Positions 18,923 to 29,096 of a stretch of DNA of 64,000 nt are shown piece by piece. A model generated the notes under the pieces. It saw nothing but the letters and a program-made list of their open reading frames with translations, made no database searches and was not told the origin of the DNA. The translations under genes were made by a program, and so were the position numbers. Source of the DNA: Alphaproteobacteria bacterium (GTDB lineage Bacteria > Pseudomonadota > Alphaproteobacteria > Rs-D84); the NCBI GenBank assembly GCA_017427715.1, contig JAFRSF010000026.1, positions 6-64,005 of the forward strand, in the 5' to 3' direction. Numbering within the stretch: the stretch's first letter is position 1; every line of letters begins with the position of its first letter.

Positions 18923-19687
18923 TTATTTTTTATCAATCTTTCGTTTTCCACGGAATTGTCCGATATCAAAGCCGCCATTTGATTTGATCACATATTTGTA
19001 TAATTTATCAATGGCTGGTATTTTATCTTTTGGTTTCGCATCAAAACAATCCTGCAACAGTTTTATAAATTTCTTATCCGGCAGGCGATCCGCATGATAT
19101 TTTTTTGCATATTTTGGATCTAACAGCATTTTTTGTATTTTAGACATTGGATATTTAGGCAGACAATTAAAATCACAATATGCAGTAATCAATCGCCCCA
19201 CCAAAGCCCAATATACCAAATCTATTGGATACCCATCCTGTTTCAATGAAATCATATCATCGTAATTACACCATAAACCATATTTTGTAAAATCGTTTGT
19301 ATATTTTGAAAATGCTTTAATCGGCTTTTTTAAATCACGAACTGATTGTTGGCGAAGTTTTTTCATTACACCATGTTTATCATGCAATATAACACCATAG
19401 GCAAACATATTCTGATCAATCAAACTGTGTCGTTCAATGCCAGATTTCATATATTCTTGGATTTTATATACAGGATTTATTGTATATTCCATCAAGAATC
19501 CATCAACATAACAATTTGATTTTTCTTGCCACCCCATATTGTTTTTCCCAACAATAACAACATCTATATCGGAAAATCTATTTTGATTGCCCGCCGCATA
19601 ACTGCCGCACAACAAAGCACCTTCGAACCAAGGTTCATTGATATATCTTTCCAGAAACTTATTTAATGCTTTTTCCCATTTTTGCAT
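18923..19687 (-). CDS. Pol-beta superfamily nucleotidyltransferase (KNTase/ANT-like)
   Basis: LCGSYAAGNQNRFSDIDVVIV (G-S ... DxD). Confidence 0.65.
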   Translation of the reverse strand: MQKWEKALNKFLERYINEPWFEGALLCGSYAAGNQNRFSDIDVVIVGKNNMGWQEKSNCYVDGFLMEYTINPVYKIQEYMKSGIERHSLIDQNMFAYGVILHDKHGVMKKLRQQSVRDLKKPIKAFSKYTNDFTKYGLWCNYDDMISLKQDGYPIDLVYWALVGRLITAYCDFNCLPKYPMSKIQKMLLDPKYAKKYHADRLPDKKFIKLLQDCFDAKPKDKIPAIDKLYKYVIKSNGGFDIGQFRGKRKIDKK

Positions 19688-19699
19688 TGTGAATCCTTT

Positions 19700-20263
19700 T
19701 TAATCAAATTTCTTCAGATGTTTCTTTATTTGTTTGAACGTTTCTTCTGGTGACAATTTACTTGAATCTAACACCAGCTTGTTGGGGTGGCGCGAATGAA
19801 ACGCATCCGGCAGCCATTGCTTTAGTAAATCATTATATTGATCTTTATTGTGTAGTTTTTTACGTTTTCTGCGTGCTTCTGTGTCACAACGTTTCAGTAG
19901 CACATTTCCCTGAACAGCCAATTCAACTGGTATAAAATCAGCATCTATGTCACGTGCAAACTTGCGCAATCTGGCCGGCAAATTTTCCCCTTTCAATAAC
20001 ACCGATGTAAATATGTATCGGACATGTTGTTTTTTTGGATAAAAGGTTCGCAAAACATCAAGAAAAGCTCTGCGGACCGCCCCAACTTTACCAAAGTACT
20101 GATTGCGGTTTTTTTCGGACACCTCCGTTATGCCTACAAACAAATCGTAGAAATAATGGTTATCAAACAGTACACCACCACATTTTTCTTGTATCTGCTT
20201 TGCCATGGTGTACTTGCCACTTGCTGGCAACCCGTATATTAAAATTACTTGATTTCGTTTCAT
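19700..20263 (-). CDS. P-loop kinase-like protein (AAA_33 / phosphotransferase-like)
   Basis: Walker A motif GLPASGKYT; 187 aa. Confidence 0.55.
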   Translation of the reverse strand: MKRNQVILIYGLPASGKYTMAKQIQEKCGGVLFDNHYFYDLFVGITEVSEKNRNQYFGKVGAVRRAFLDVLRTFYPKKQHVRYIFTSVLLKGENLPARLRKFARDIDADFIPVELAVQGNVLLKRCDTEARRKRKKLHNKDQYNDLLKQWLPDAFHSRHPNKLVLDSSKLSPEETFKQIKKHLKKFD

Positions 20264-20269
20264 ATCTGT

Positions 20270-20815
20270 TTAGTCCAATATTTTTTCAACTAAATAATGA
20301 TGAACGTACTTACCATTGATGATAGCTGCATCACGTTGCAAACCTACGATTAAAAAACCATTTTTAATGCAATTGGCAATGGATGGGATGTTCATATGAC
20401 GAATTTCTGCCTCTATTCTGTGTACACCATTTTCACGCGCCCACTTTTCCAAGATTTGCATCATTTTATTTCCGATGCCATTATGAGTATATTTGCTTAG
20501 CATAACCATGCCGATACTCGCACTTTTGCCTTGGCTATAAGGATGGTTCGGACGTATTTTACTGATAGAACATGTACCAATAACATTGGTACCGTCCCAA
20601 GCACTCACGTGCAAATTATCTTTGCTTTCATACAATTGAATAGATTTTTCTTTGTCTTTTTTGGGTTGGCCTGCGTATTGAAACGTTTGAATTGCCCCTA
20701 CATCATGAGTAAACTTTTCCATGAATTTCATGATTGCTTCATAGTCTGCGCCTCGTGTCCGGCGAATTGTTATAAATTTACCATTTTTTAATTTAAATTT
20801 AATTGAACGATTCAT
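20270..20815 (-). CDS. GNAT N-acetyltransferase
   Basis: It is a paralog of 16254..16799 and shares the GIGNKMM / GLGTKF acetyl-CoA loop region. Confidence 0.7.
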   Translation of the reverse strand: MNRSIKFKLKNGKFITIRRTRGADYEAIMKFMEKFTHDVGAIQTFQYAGQPKKDKEKSIQLYESKDNLHVSAWDGTNVIGTCSISKIRPNHPYSQGKSASIGMVMLSKYTHNGIGNKMMQILEKWARENGVHRIEAEIRHMNIPSIANCIKNGFLIVGLQRDAAIINGKYVHHYLVEKILD

Positions 20816-20891
20816 AGCATATCCTTTCCTTGTCTTTCATATGATTGTATCATAAAAAACGCAACTTTGCTATTTTTAGCAAATGTATTTT

Positions 20892-23687
20892 TTACATACT
20901 GCCTCTACCATCTGATCCTGTGGTCTTGCCCTTTGTTGTGCTTATTTCTGCCAATGTTTCAACCAGCTTTGTTCCTTGTTTTATAACATCGGCTTTTGAC
21001 TTAATCGGCAGCCCAGAGAATTTGATAAATTCTGTGATATTTTTAACATTAACGCACAGATCCAACAAATCTGTTTCTGGGTTCATCAAAACAACAATAC
21101 TGTTAGACATCCATGTCTTGTAACCAGAAAACTTTTTTAGTTCCGCAGAAATCTCATCTATACTTGCATCAATATGATATTCTGATTTTAATTCTGCTGC
21201 GTTTTTCCATTCATCTGTTTTTAATGGCACTGGTGATGGCATAAAATCAGCATATTCACACAAATCTGGTATGTATGCGATATTGAATAAAAATGATTTA
21301 TAATCACTTGCCAATTTGACCGATGCAGGGTATTTTTCTGCAAAATGTTCTAGTATTGTATGCAACTCTTTCGGATCTACTTCAATCTCTACATATTTTG
21401 TCAGAAGCTGTTCTGTCTTCCATATAGCCGTACCCTTGCGTTGCGGCTTAAAACCAGTTTTTGCACTTGTAACAACACCCGTTTGTTTTGCCTCGGCTCG
21501 TTCTTGCGCGGATTGTTTGCGTTTTTCTTCCTTTGTAAGAACATTGATTGTTTTACAAAATTCGTTTATATAACCTTTTTTCAATTTATAATTCGGTTTT
21601 GATGGCGCACTTGGATACAATTTGATTGTTCCATCTATAATGATTGCTTCGCGCAATTTTTCGCTAGCATTATAGTAAGGTCTAGCCTCACGCCACTGCA
21701 CTTCGCCATCCTTATCTCTATACCAATCTCTTGGTATCATTTCTTCGTTATAAATACGTCTTAAAGCATCATGAATACGACCAGCATTTGTGTCTATGTA
21801 TCTACCAGCTAATACCTTGGCATCAATATATGTATTTCTTGTTTCTTTGACACGTGGTTTTAAACCTACCGCCACTTCCTTGAGGTATTGCTTATCAAAA
21901 CACAAAACAAGGTGTCCTGTCTTGCCGTCTATTTTGTATATGGCATTTACTTTCTGTGCCAATTGCATCAATCTTAATTTGGCTTGCTGCTTATTTATCA
22001 CATACAATTCGGTCAATCTATCTATGTCCACATCTCTTTTGGTTTTAACCGAAATTTCTTGCCAGCCCGAATTTTTAACAAATTCGGCATAGTATTCATC
22101 TCTCAAGTACAAACTTCTTCTGTTGTTATCGCTACGTTTCAATTGAATCGCATCCGGCATAATATTATTTTCTTTCATCCATTTCATTTTAGCCAGGATT
22201 TCCGTAGGTTTTACTCTCTTTATTGTTTTTGGATCAAACAGTTTCTTTGCCAAATATTTTGGACTCATATCATGCAATTCATCAACCGGTGGCACATAAC
22301 CTGCGGCCAACCATTCGTTGTCTTTGCGCCATTCTTTATAACGTGGATTCAAACGTTTTAACAAAGTGTCATCCGTTACAACATCAAAAGGATCTTTTGG
22401 TTTTGAATTTGAGTCTTTTGACGGCTTAGCCGGTTGTTTTACCTGTTCCTCTGGTTTTACAACAAATTCGCCGGCCACATCACGATACAAAACCTGTCCT
22501 GCAACAAAAGCTCTACGCAAAGATATTTCTAACGGTTCTTCTGGTGCTGCACGAAAGATTGTATCCAACACGTATGCAAATTTATTTGGATTGTCGCCAT
22601 CTTGTCTTAATACACGACCACCGGTTTGTTCTATCTTTACCGGAGAATGTGACGGATAATTGATGCACAATTCCACACTTGGATCATCCAAGCCCTCAGT
22701 CAATGTATTTACTTGACATACCACACGATATTTTTTTGCTAAAAATGCATCAACTCTTTTCTTGAAATCTCTTTGATCGCTATGTACAGATACAGCTATA
22801 TCTCGACCATATAACTCGTTCAGTTTTTCCGCTTGTTTATCTGCGATCTCTACTGTTGGACAATTTATGATGGCTCGCATTTGTCTGAATTTGCGATCCC
22901 CATCACCATATGTTCCATACAATTGTGAAATCTCGTCTATCAAGGTTTGTAATTTTACCTTTTTACCCATTTCGGCATAATCATAATCTGATCCACGACC
23001 TGCTTTAATAGGCGCATCTAAAATATCATAATTTATACTTGGTCGATATAACACATTTTTAACTGGACACAAAAGTCCATCTTTTACGCAATCTTCAATG
23101 CTCAATGTGTATAATTCGGTGTTTAACAAATCGCCCAATGCATGATCTTCAGAAAATGTTGGTGTGGCTGTAAAACCTACAACAGGTGTATTTTCTGCAA
23201 TGGCCTGTATCGTTTTTGCTTTTTGTTCGCCCAAGGCATGATGTGCCTCGTCTGCTATAATTAGACCGATATCTTGTTTCTTTGCTTGTAATTCAGAAAT
23301 CAATTTATCTGCGGAATGATATGTAGATACAATAATATCTGCCGATGTGTCTTTTTCGGTTCCAATATAAACACTACCTGTTTTGTCGGCAAATTGCTGC
23401 AGTTTATCCAATGTTTGCCATACCAATGTCAGGCGTGGAACCAATATAATAATCTTGCTTTTCTTTGCTGATTTATCCAAGAAAGCACGTGCCATCAATG
23501 AAAACATGACCGTTTTACCAAATGCTGTTGGCAATCTAAAATATCCATCCGATATTTCTATCAGTTCCTTTTCAGACATTTTGGCAAATGCCTCACGTTG
23601 TTTATCTCGCAGCACCGTATCGTTTTCTAGAATTTCCAACAATGCATCCTGTAATATTTGTGCTTTTGCAAGCTTTACGTCGTTCAT
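20892..23687 (-). CDS. SF2 DEAH helicase with ~480-aa C-terminal extension of unknown function
   Basis: Motif I PTAFGKTV, II IIADEAHHA, III GFTATP, VI QTGGRVLRQ. I preferred the ATG at 23687 (MNDVKLAK) to the GTG at 23723. Confidence 0.75.
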   Translation of the reverse strand: MNDVKLAKAQILQDALLEILENDTVLRDKQREAFAKMSEKELIEISDGYFRLPTAFGKTVMFSLMARAFLDKSAKKSKIIILVPRLTLVWQTLDKLQQFADKTGSVYIGTEKDTSADIIVSTYHSADKLISELQAKKQDIGLIIADEAHHALGEQKAKTIQAIAENTPVVGFTATPTFSEDHALGDLLNTELYTLSIEDCVKDGLLCPVKNVLYRPSINYDILDAPIKAGRGSDYDYAEMGKKVKLQTLIDEISQLYGTYGDGDRKFRQMRAIINCPTVEIADKQAEKLNELYGRDIAVSVHSDQRDFKKRVDAFLAKKYRVVCQVNTLTEGLDDPSVELCINYPSHSPVKIEQTGGRVLRQDGDNPNKFAYVLDTIFRAAPEEPLEISLRRAFVAGQVLYRDVAGEFVVKPEEQVKQPAKPSKDSNSKPKDPFDVVTDDTLLKRLNPRYKEWRKDNEWLAAGYVPPVDELHDMSPKYLAKKLFDPKTIKRVKPTEILAKMKWMKENNIMPDAIQLKRSDNNRRSLYLRDEYYAEFVKNSGWQEISVKTKRDVDIDRLTELYVINKQQAKLRLMQLAQKVNAIYKIDGKTGHLVLCFDKQYLKEVAVGLKPRVKETRNTYIDAKVLAGRYIDTNAGRIHDALRRIYNEEMIPRDWYRDKDGEVQWREARPYYNASEKLREAIIIDGTIKLYPSAPSKPNYKLKKGYINEFCKTINVLTKEEKRKQSAQERAEAKQTGVVTSAKTGFKPQRKGTAIWKTEQLLTKYVEIEVDPKELHTILEHFAEKYPASVKLASDYKSFLFNIAYIPDLCEYADFMPSPVPLKTDEWKNAAELKSEYHIDASIDEISAELKKFSGYKTWMSNSIVVLMNPETDLLDLCVNVKNITEFIKFSGLPIKSKADVIKQGTKLVETLAEISTTKGKTTGSDGRGSM

Positions 23688-23706
23688 TTTGTTTACCTTT
23701 GTTAAG

Positions 23707-24297
23707 TTATTTCCTATACTCACAGACCAGCTTTGAAAACCATAAATGATCCATAAATGTGCCGTCTGGCATTTGGTTTGCTTGTCTGTCTATTCCATCC
23801 AAATGATATCCACTGGATTCAATTGATTTCTTAGATTCAAGATTGCCTGCCATGGTTTGTCTGCATATACGGTTGGCGTGCAATCCATTGAATGCTAAAT
23901 CTTCCAGTTTATTGTGGACTTCTTTGTTGAAACCGTTACCCCAAGCAGATTTGATAAACCACACACTGGCGCATTGCAGTGTTTTGGAATCGGCCCAATA
24001 ATGCACGCGCATATAGCCTATGAATTTGTTGTTATAGAATATGTAATATGCACATCCGTTTTTGGATTCATAATCCAATTTCATCCTTTCTTGGGTTTCT
24101 TCGACAGATTCTGTCAAATGTGATTTGTGTGATACTGAATACCACATGTATTTGAAATCTTCCGGATTCTCGTTCTTTAATACATCCCATACAATCTTTG
24201 CGTTTTCTGGTGTAGGTTCCAGTATCCGCATTTCCAAACGTTCTGTTTTGAGATCTCTCTTAAATAATTCAAAGAACTTTTCCATATGTGTCATCAA
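23707..24297 (-). CDS. GNAT N-acetyltransferase (RimJ/RimL-like)
   Basis: TERLEMRILEP...IGYMRVHYW...GNGF. Confidence 0.6.
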   Translation of the reverse strand: MMTHMEKFFELFKRDLKTERLEMRILEPTPENAKIVWDVLKNENPEDFKYMWYSVSHKSHLTESVEETQERMKLDYESKNGCAYYIFYNNKFIGYMRVHYWADSKTLQCASVWFIKSAWGNGFNKEVHNKLEDLAFNGLHANRICRQTMAGNLESKKSIESSGYHLDGIDRQANQMPDGTFMDHLWFSKLVCEYRK

Positions 24298-24305
24298 TTA
24301 TCCTT

Positions 24306-26057
24306 TTATTTCTTATGTGTTTGGATGCGCCATAACTTGCTATATTCGCCACCTTTGTGTAGCAATTGATTATGGCTACCTGTTTCAACGATCTTCCCGT
24401 TTTTAATAACAATTATTCTGTCCATGTTTTTAAGGGTCGACAATCTATGTGCTATTACAAGTGTTGTCTTCCCTTTCATGGCATTTGATAATGACTTCTG
24501 GATCATTTGTTCGTTTTGTGAATCTAGTGCGGATGTTGCCTCATCTAATACCAAGATTGCTGCATTTTTTAACAATGCTCGTGCTATGGATACACGTTGC
24601 CTTTGCCCCCCCGACAATCTTATGCCGTTATTTCCAACTAAAGTATCATAACCTTTTGGTAACTTGGAAATGAACTCGTGTATATGTGCTTTTTTTGCAG
24701 CATTTATTATTTCTGCTTTTGTTGCGGTTGGTTTTGCATATTTTATGTTCTCAAAAATAGTACGATTAAACAATGTTGTTTCTTGTGGCACAAAAGATAT
24801 GTTTCGTAACAAAGAATCTTGTTTTATATCACGTATGTCTGTGCCATCTATTTTTATGGCACCGGTTTGTACATCGTACATACGTAATAATAAATTACAC
24901 AGGGTTGTTTTACCAGCACCGGACAAACCAACAATTCCTACTTTTTCAGCATTGTCTATATGTAAATTGAAATTATGAAAAACCTTGTTTTTACCGTATG
25001 CAAACGAAACGTCATTAAAGTCAACAGTAGCCTTTTTAACTCGTAGATTTTTTGCGTTTTCTTTGTCTTGAATTTTAATCGGCACAACCAAATTATTGTA
25101 TGCTTTTGTTGCACGTGCAGAATTTGTAGAATATTTACGCAATGAATTATTTATCTTACTAAAAGATCCATTTATGGACATTGCTGACGTCATAACAAAG
25201 ACAGCATTTGAAATTGATAATTCGCCATCTTTAATTAACACAAAACATAAAACCAACAAAAGCACACGTGTAAAAATCCATAAAATTCGTGTTGGCAGTC
25301 CTTGTAATCTTTCTAAATAATAAGCCTGTCTGATTATTTCAATCAATCTTTCTCGACCCCTATAAATATACATGTTTTCATATTCTGTATTTGCAAAGTA
25401 TTTTACAACTAGGGCATTATTCAAACTGTCGCTACGTATTCCTGAATATATAGAGCTTTCTTCCATCTCTTCTATTTTATTTGCTTTGATTCTTCTTTGG
25501 ATTATCCACTCCCAAACAACTTTAATTATACCGTAGGTTAATAAAATAATAACGAACCATATATTCATCATAAACAAAGAACCAACGATAAATAAAAAAC
25601 CAAGAACAGTTCCGATAATTTCTGTCCAGAAACTTTGCATTAAAAAGAACAATTGTCCCGAAATTTCTGTGCGTTGCGATTCTATCTGACCGGCTGGGTG
25701 ATCTATGAAAAAAGAAATGTCGTTTGCATAAATTCTTTTGTACAACAAATACAGTTTATACCTATTGAATATTTGCATTCGTCTGCCATTAAAAATTGAT
25801 GTGATCAATTGTAATATCGTTGTAGAACACCATACGCCAATTAAGAAACAAATAAGTTTAAATATTGTGTGATAATTTGCTGAAATTGCATTCTCAAAAA
25901 CCTGTGTCATCCATTTCATTATCAATGGATCAAAAATCAAGTTTATTGCATTCCCTATAACACCACAAAGAAATATGATGCCAAAATAAAATGGAAATTT
26001 TTTAATAACTAACCAATAAAAACCACGCAGTGTTTTTGGAAATGTATCTTGTTTCAT
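24306..26057 (-). CDS. ABC exporter half-transporter (fused TMD-NBD, MsbA-like)
   Basis: Walker A GLSGAGKTT, signature LSGGQRQR, Walker B ILVLDEATSALD, and an N-terminal six-TM region. Confidence 0.9.
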   Translation of the reverse strand: MKQDTFPKTLRGFYWLVIKKFPFYFGIIFLCGVIGNAINLIFDPLIMKWMTQVFENAISANYHTIFKLICFLIGVWCSTTILQLITSIFNGRRMQIFNRYKLYLLYKRIYANDISFFIDHPAGQIESQRTEISGQLFFLMQSFWTEIIGTVLGFLFIVGSLFMMNIWFVIILLTYGIIKVVWEWIIQRRIKANKIEEMEESSIYSGIRSDSLNNALVVKYFANTEYENMYIYRGRERLIEIIRQAYYLERLQGLPTRILWIFTRVLLLVLCFVLIKDGELSISNAVFVMTSAMSINGSFSKINNSLRKYSTNSARATKAYNNLVVPIKIQDKENAKNLRVKKATVDFNDVSFAYGKNKVFHNFNLHIDNAEKVGIVGLSGAGKTTLCNLLLRMYDVQTGAIKIDGTDIRDIKQDSLLRNISFVPQETTLFNRTIFENIKYAKPTATKAEIINAAKKAHIHEFISKLPKGYDTLVGNNGIRLSGGQRQRVSIARALLKNAAILVLDEATSALDSQNEQMIQKSLSNAMKGKTTLVIAHRLSTLKNMDRIIVIKNGKIVETGSHNQLLHKGGEYSKLWRIQTHKK

Positions 26058-26059
26058 TT

Positions 26060-27082
26060 TTACTCCCGTCCATGATTATTGATGTTCGACATTGTTCGGC
26101 TAAATTCTTCAAATTCTTTGATGTATTCTTCTGGTGACACAACCTTTTGGAATGTGTATCCTGATAGACCAAATTTTTCTTTTGATTGTTCAAGATCCCC
26201 ACCTTTCCAAAAAGACAAATATTTCTTTTTAAGGTTAAGACCATAGAATTCGTCTTTTTCTTTTATGCAAGGCATGCAGCTGAACCTTTTCCCATCACTG
26301 AACACCAATATTTGTATTGAAGGGTTGTTTTTGTCACTTAATGCTTTACAAAATTCGTATATTTGCTTGTTAGAATCTTTGTATTGTCCAAGGTTGTTGC
26401 TTTGCAGTATCAGTTTGATCGTTGGACATAGAAAAGCTAATTTTCCCTTATGCACCATCGAGGCTTCTAAAAATTTACCAAAGTCAGAATATGTTGTTGC
26501 TTGTTCTTCTGGTGTTACGATTTTTGTGATCTGATATGGTCGAGCTTTTTCTTTTATCGATTTCAATTGGTGCCAAATTTCGCCACCAACCTTTACATCA
26601 TCGCATACAAATTGGAATCCTGGTTGTTTGTCTTTTTCTGGCTGTATCTGCGGTTCTATTGCATGCCATTTGCCATCGGATAATTTTACACATGGCAAGG
26701 TATGTCCCTCTTTTGCATCGACCAAATGTTCAATATCTGTACTGAATAAAACTTTCAAATCCAACTGTTCATCTTTTGGCAGTTGTGAATTTACATAACA
26801 AAAAGCCTTTGCCGCCTGACCGCATGAAACATACAGACGGCTATCCATGATGTCTTTACCTGTTAATTTGAATTTTACTTCATCTCTGTTGTTGGCTTTT
26901 GTTAATCCATACTTTTCTGCTAATTCGTATTCTTTATCAACAATACGTTGTTCGTATTCTTCCTTTTTTAAGTGTTGCTCGCGCAATTCTTTCCGAAATG
27001 CATTAAAGCCTGTATCTGGATCGTGTAACGCATCCAATATTTTACGAACCGTAGCAATTATTTGTTCATCAGTATGTTTCAT
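26060..27082 (-). CDS. Hypothetical protein embedded between the two ABC genes
   Basis: A 340-aa ORF with 2-nt and 9-nt gaps to the flanking ABC genes. I recognised no motif. Confidence 0.55.
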   Translation of the reverse strand: MKHTDEQIIATVRKILDALHDPDTGFNAFRKELREQHLKKEEYEQRIVDKEYELAEKYGLTKANNRDEVKFKLTGKDIMDSRLYVSCGQAAKAFCYVNSQLPKDEQLDLKVLFSTDIEHLVDAKEGHTLPCVKLSDGKWHAIEPQIQPEKDKQPGFQFVCDDVKVGGEIWHQLKSIKEKARPYQITKIVTPEEQATTYSDFGKFLEASMVHKGKLAFLCPTIKLILQSNNLGQYKDSNKQIYEFCKALSDKNNPSIQILVFSDGKRFSCMPCIKEKDEFYGLNLKKKYLSFWKGGDLEQSKEKFGLSGYTFQKVVSPEEYIKEFEEFSRTMSNINNHGRE

Positions 27083-27091
27083 ATCATGCCC

Positions 27092-28882
27092 TTATTCTTG
27101 TTCTTGTAAGAATCCGCCAGATTGCATTTTCCACAAGTTTGCATATAAACCTTTCTTGCGTAATAACGATTGATGTGTGCCAGACTCAATAATTTGTCCT
27201 TTGTCCAAGACTATTATTCTGTCCATATTACGCAGGGTTGATAATCTGTGCGCAATGGCGATGGTTGTATGACCCTTTGCCAATTTCTCAAAAGAATTTT
27301 GAATTGCGACTTCGGTTTCACTGTCTAATGCAGATGTTGCCTCGTCCAATATCAAAATCGGGGCATTCTTCAAAAACGCACGTGCGATTGCTACGCGTTG
27401 TCTTTGTCCACCAGATAATTTGATTCCACGATCACCGACCATTGATTCATATTTCTTTTCTGCAGCATTTATGAAACCATCTGCGGCAGCTTTGCGTGCA
27501 GCACTATGGATTTCTGCATCGGTGGCATCTGGTTTACCGTATGCGATGTTTTCACGCAATGTACGATTAAACATTGTTGGATCTTGTGGGATAAATGATA
27601 TTGCATTACGCAAAGAATTTTGCGTTACGGTTTTTATATCTTGACCGTCTACCAATATCTGACCATGTGTTGGGTCATAAAAACGCATCAGTAAATTTAC
27701 CAATGTGGTTTTACCAGCACCTGATGTCCCGACCAATCCGACACGTTCGCCGGCTTTTATCGTCAAATTCAAATCACGTAAAACGTATTTTTTCTTATAT
27801 CTGAATGACACATTTTTGAATTCAATTTTGCCACGTGAAACAACCAGTGGTTCAGCATCTGGTGCATCCTTAATATCAATTGGCTGATTTAATTCTTGGT
27901 ATGAATGCAAAGCAGAACCGATTGTATCGGTCAATCTTGGTATTGTTCTGGCAATATATCCAATGTTACCTTGCACCACTTGATATACTGATAATGTGAA
28001 AACGATTTCGCTGACTTTGATGTTGCCACGCATGTATAAAACCAGCATCAAAACCAAAACTGCCCCGAATAATAAATCCCATAAAAACATCGGGATGATC
28101 CACATGATGCGTTGCAAGAATGATGATTTTATTTGGTCTTTCATATTTTTTACACGCAATGGATCCAAATATTGTTCTTCGTGTCTTGCACCATTGAATA
28201 ATTTAACAATTGAAAACCCGGATATTGAATCAACGATGTGTCCTGACAATGTTGATGATGATTCCGATGCTGTTTTTGATGCCTTGGTTACCGGTTTCAT
28301 CATCAACACAGAATATACAACGCGGAATATAAATGATCCCAACAGCACCATCGCAACATATTTGTTTATGCTTAACACCAACCCCATATTCAACAAAATC
28401 ACGCCCAGGGTGGATATAATCGCTGTGAAATCAAATAAAGTTTCAAAGCCAGTTATGATATAATTTATCTGGCTATTTATTTTGCCTGGAATTCTATTGT
28501 TATAAAAAGTGATTGATTGGTTATGTACATAATTGGTCAGTGTTTCGCTGATGTTTTTACGGGCTAATGGTTTCCAATGCGCCGCCATTTGTTCATGAAC
28601 TGTGTTCATAACATCAAATACCAAGAACAACCAGATAATGATTCCAATTGTCCACAATGCATGTGTGAAAAATCCATCGCCTGTAACGCCATTTTCAAAT
28701 AATGCAACAATCTTTTGCTGCGACATTGGCCACCATGTGGAATTTGCTATATCCCAAGATATAAATAAAAACATCCACGCAATCAAAAACCACATCATCG
28801 GTTTTGCTGCATATTTCACATAAAATCGCCACAATGACTTTGGTAATGCTTGCTCTTTACCATCTGTCTTTTTTTGTTTCAT
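27092..28882 (-). CDS. ABC exporter half-transporter (fused TMD-NBD)
   Basis: Walker A GTSGAGKTT, signature LSGGQRQR, Walker B ILILDEATSALD. Confidence 0.9.
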   Translation of the reverse strand: MKQKKTDGKEQALPKSLWRFYVKYAAKPMMWFLIAWMFLFISWDIANSTWWPMSQQKIVALFENGVTGDGFFTHALWTIGIIIWLFLVFDVMNTVHEQMAAHWKPLARKNISETLTNYVHNQSITFYNNRIPGKINSQINYIITGFETLFDFTAIISTLGVILLNMGLVLSINKYVAMVLLGSFIFRVVYSVLMMKPVTKASKTASESSSTLSGHIVDSISGFSIVKLFNGARHEEQYLDPLRVKNMKDQIKSSFLQRIMWIIPMFLWDLLFGAVLVLMLVLYMRGNIKVSEIVFTLSVYQVVQGNIGYIARTIPRLTDTIGSALHSYQELNQPIDIKDAPDAEPLVVSRGKIEFKNVSFRYKKKYVLRDLNLTIKAGERVGLVGTSGAGKTTLVNLLMRFYDPTHGQILVDGQDIKTVTQNSLRNAISFIPQDPTMFNRTLRENIAYGKPDATDAEIHSAARKAAADGFINAAEKKYESMVGDRGIKLSGGQRQRVAIARAFLKNAPILILDEATSALDSETEVAIQNSFEKLAKGHTTIAIAHRLSTLRNMDRIIVLDKGQIIESGTHQSLLRKKGLYANLWKMQSGGFLQEQE

Positions 28883-29096
28883 TATTTTTCCATCCTTGCT
28901 TTCTGTTTTTCTTAAAAAACCTTAGAAAATACAGATGTTCGGGCGATTTTTATAGTGAATAAATTAAACCGTCGTTAAATTTATCGGGGTTTAGATATAG
29001 ATACTTTTATGAAAAAAATCTTGTGAAAACGGGAAAAAAGTGGTAAAATATAGCTCATGAAATTATAGGTGTCTAACGACCGTTTTTTGTGTAAAT

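Noticed and set aside
9443-28882. An integron-like gene-cassette array (many small unrelated accessory genes in one orientation)
   Set aside because: Intergenic gaps are mostly 2-25 nt, leaving no room for attC sites. No IntI-type integrase or attI is present.
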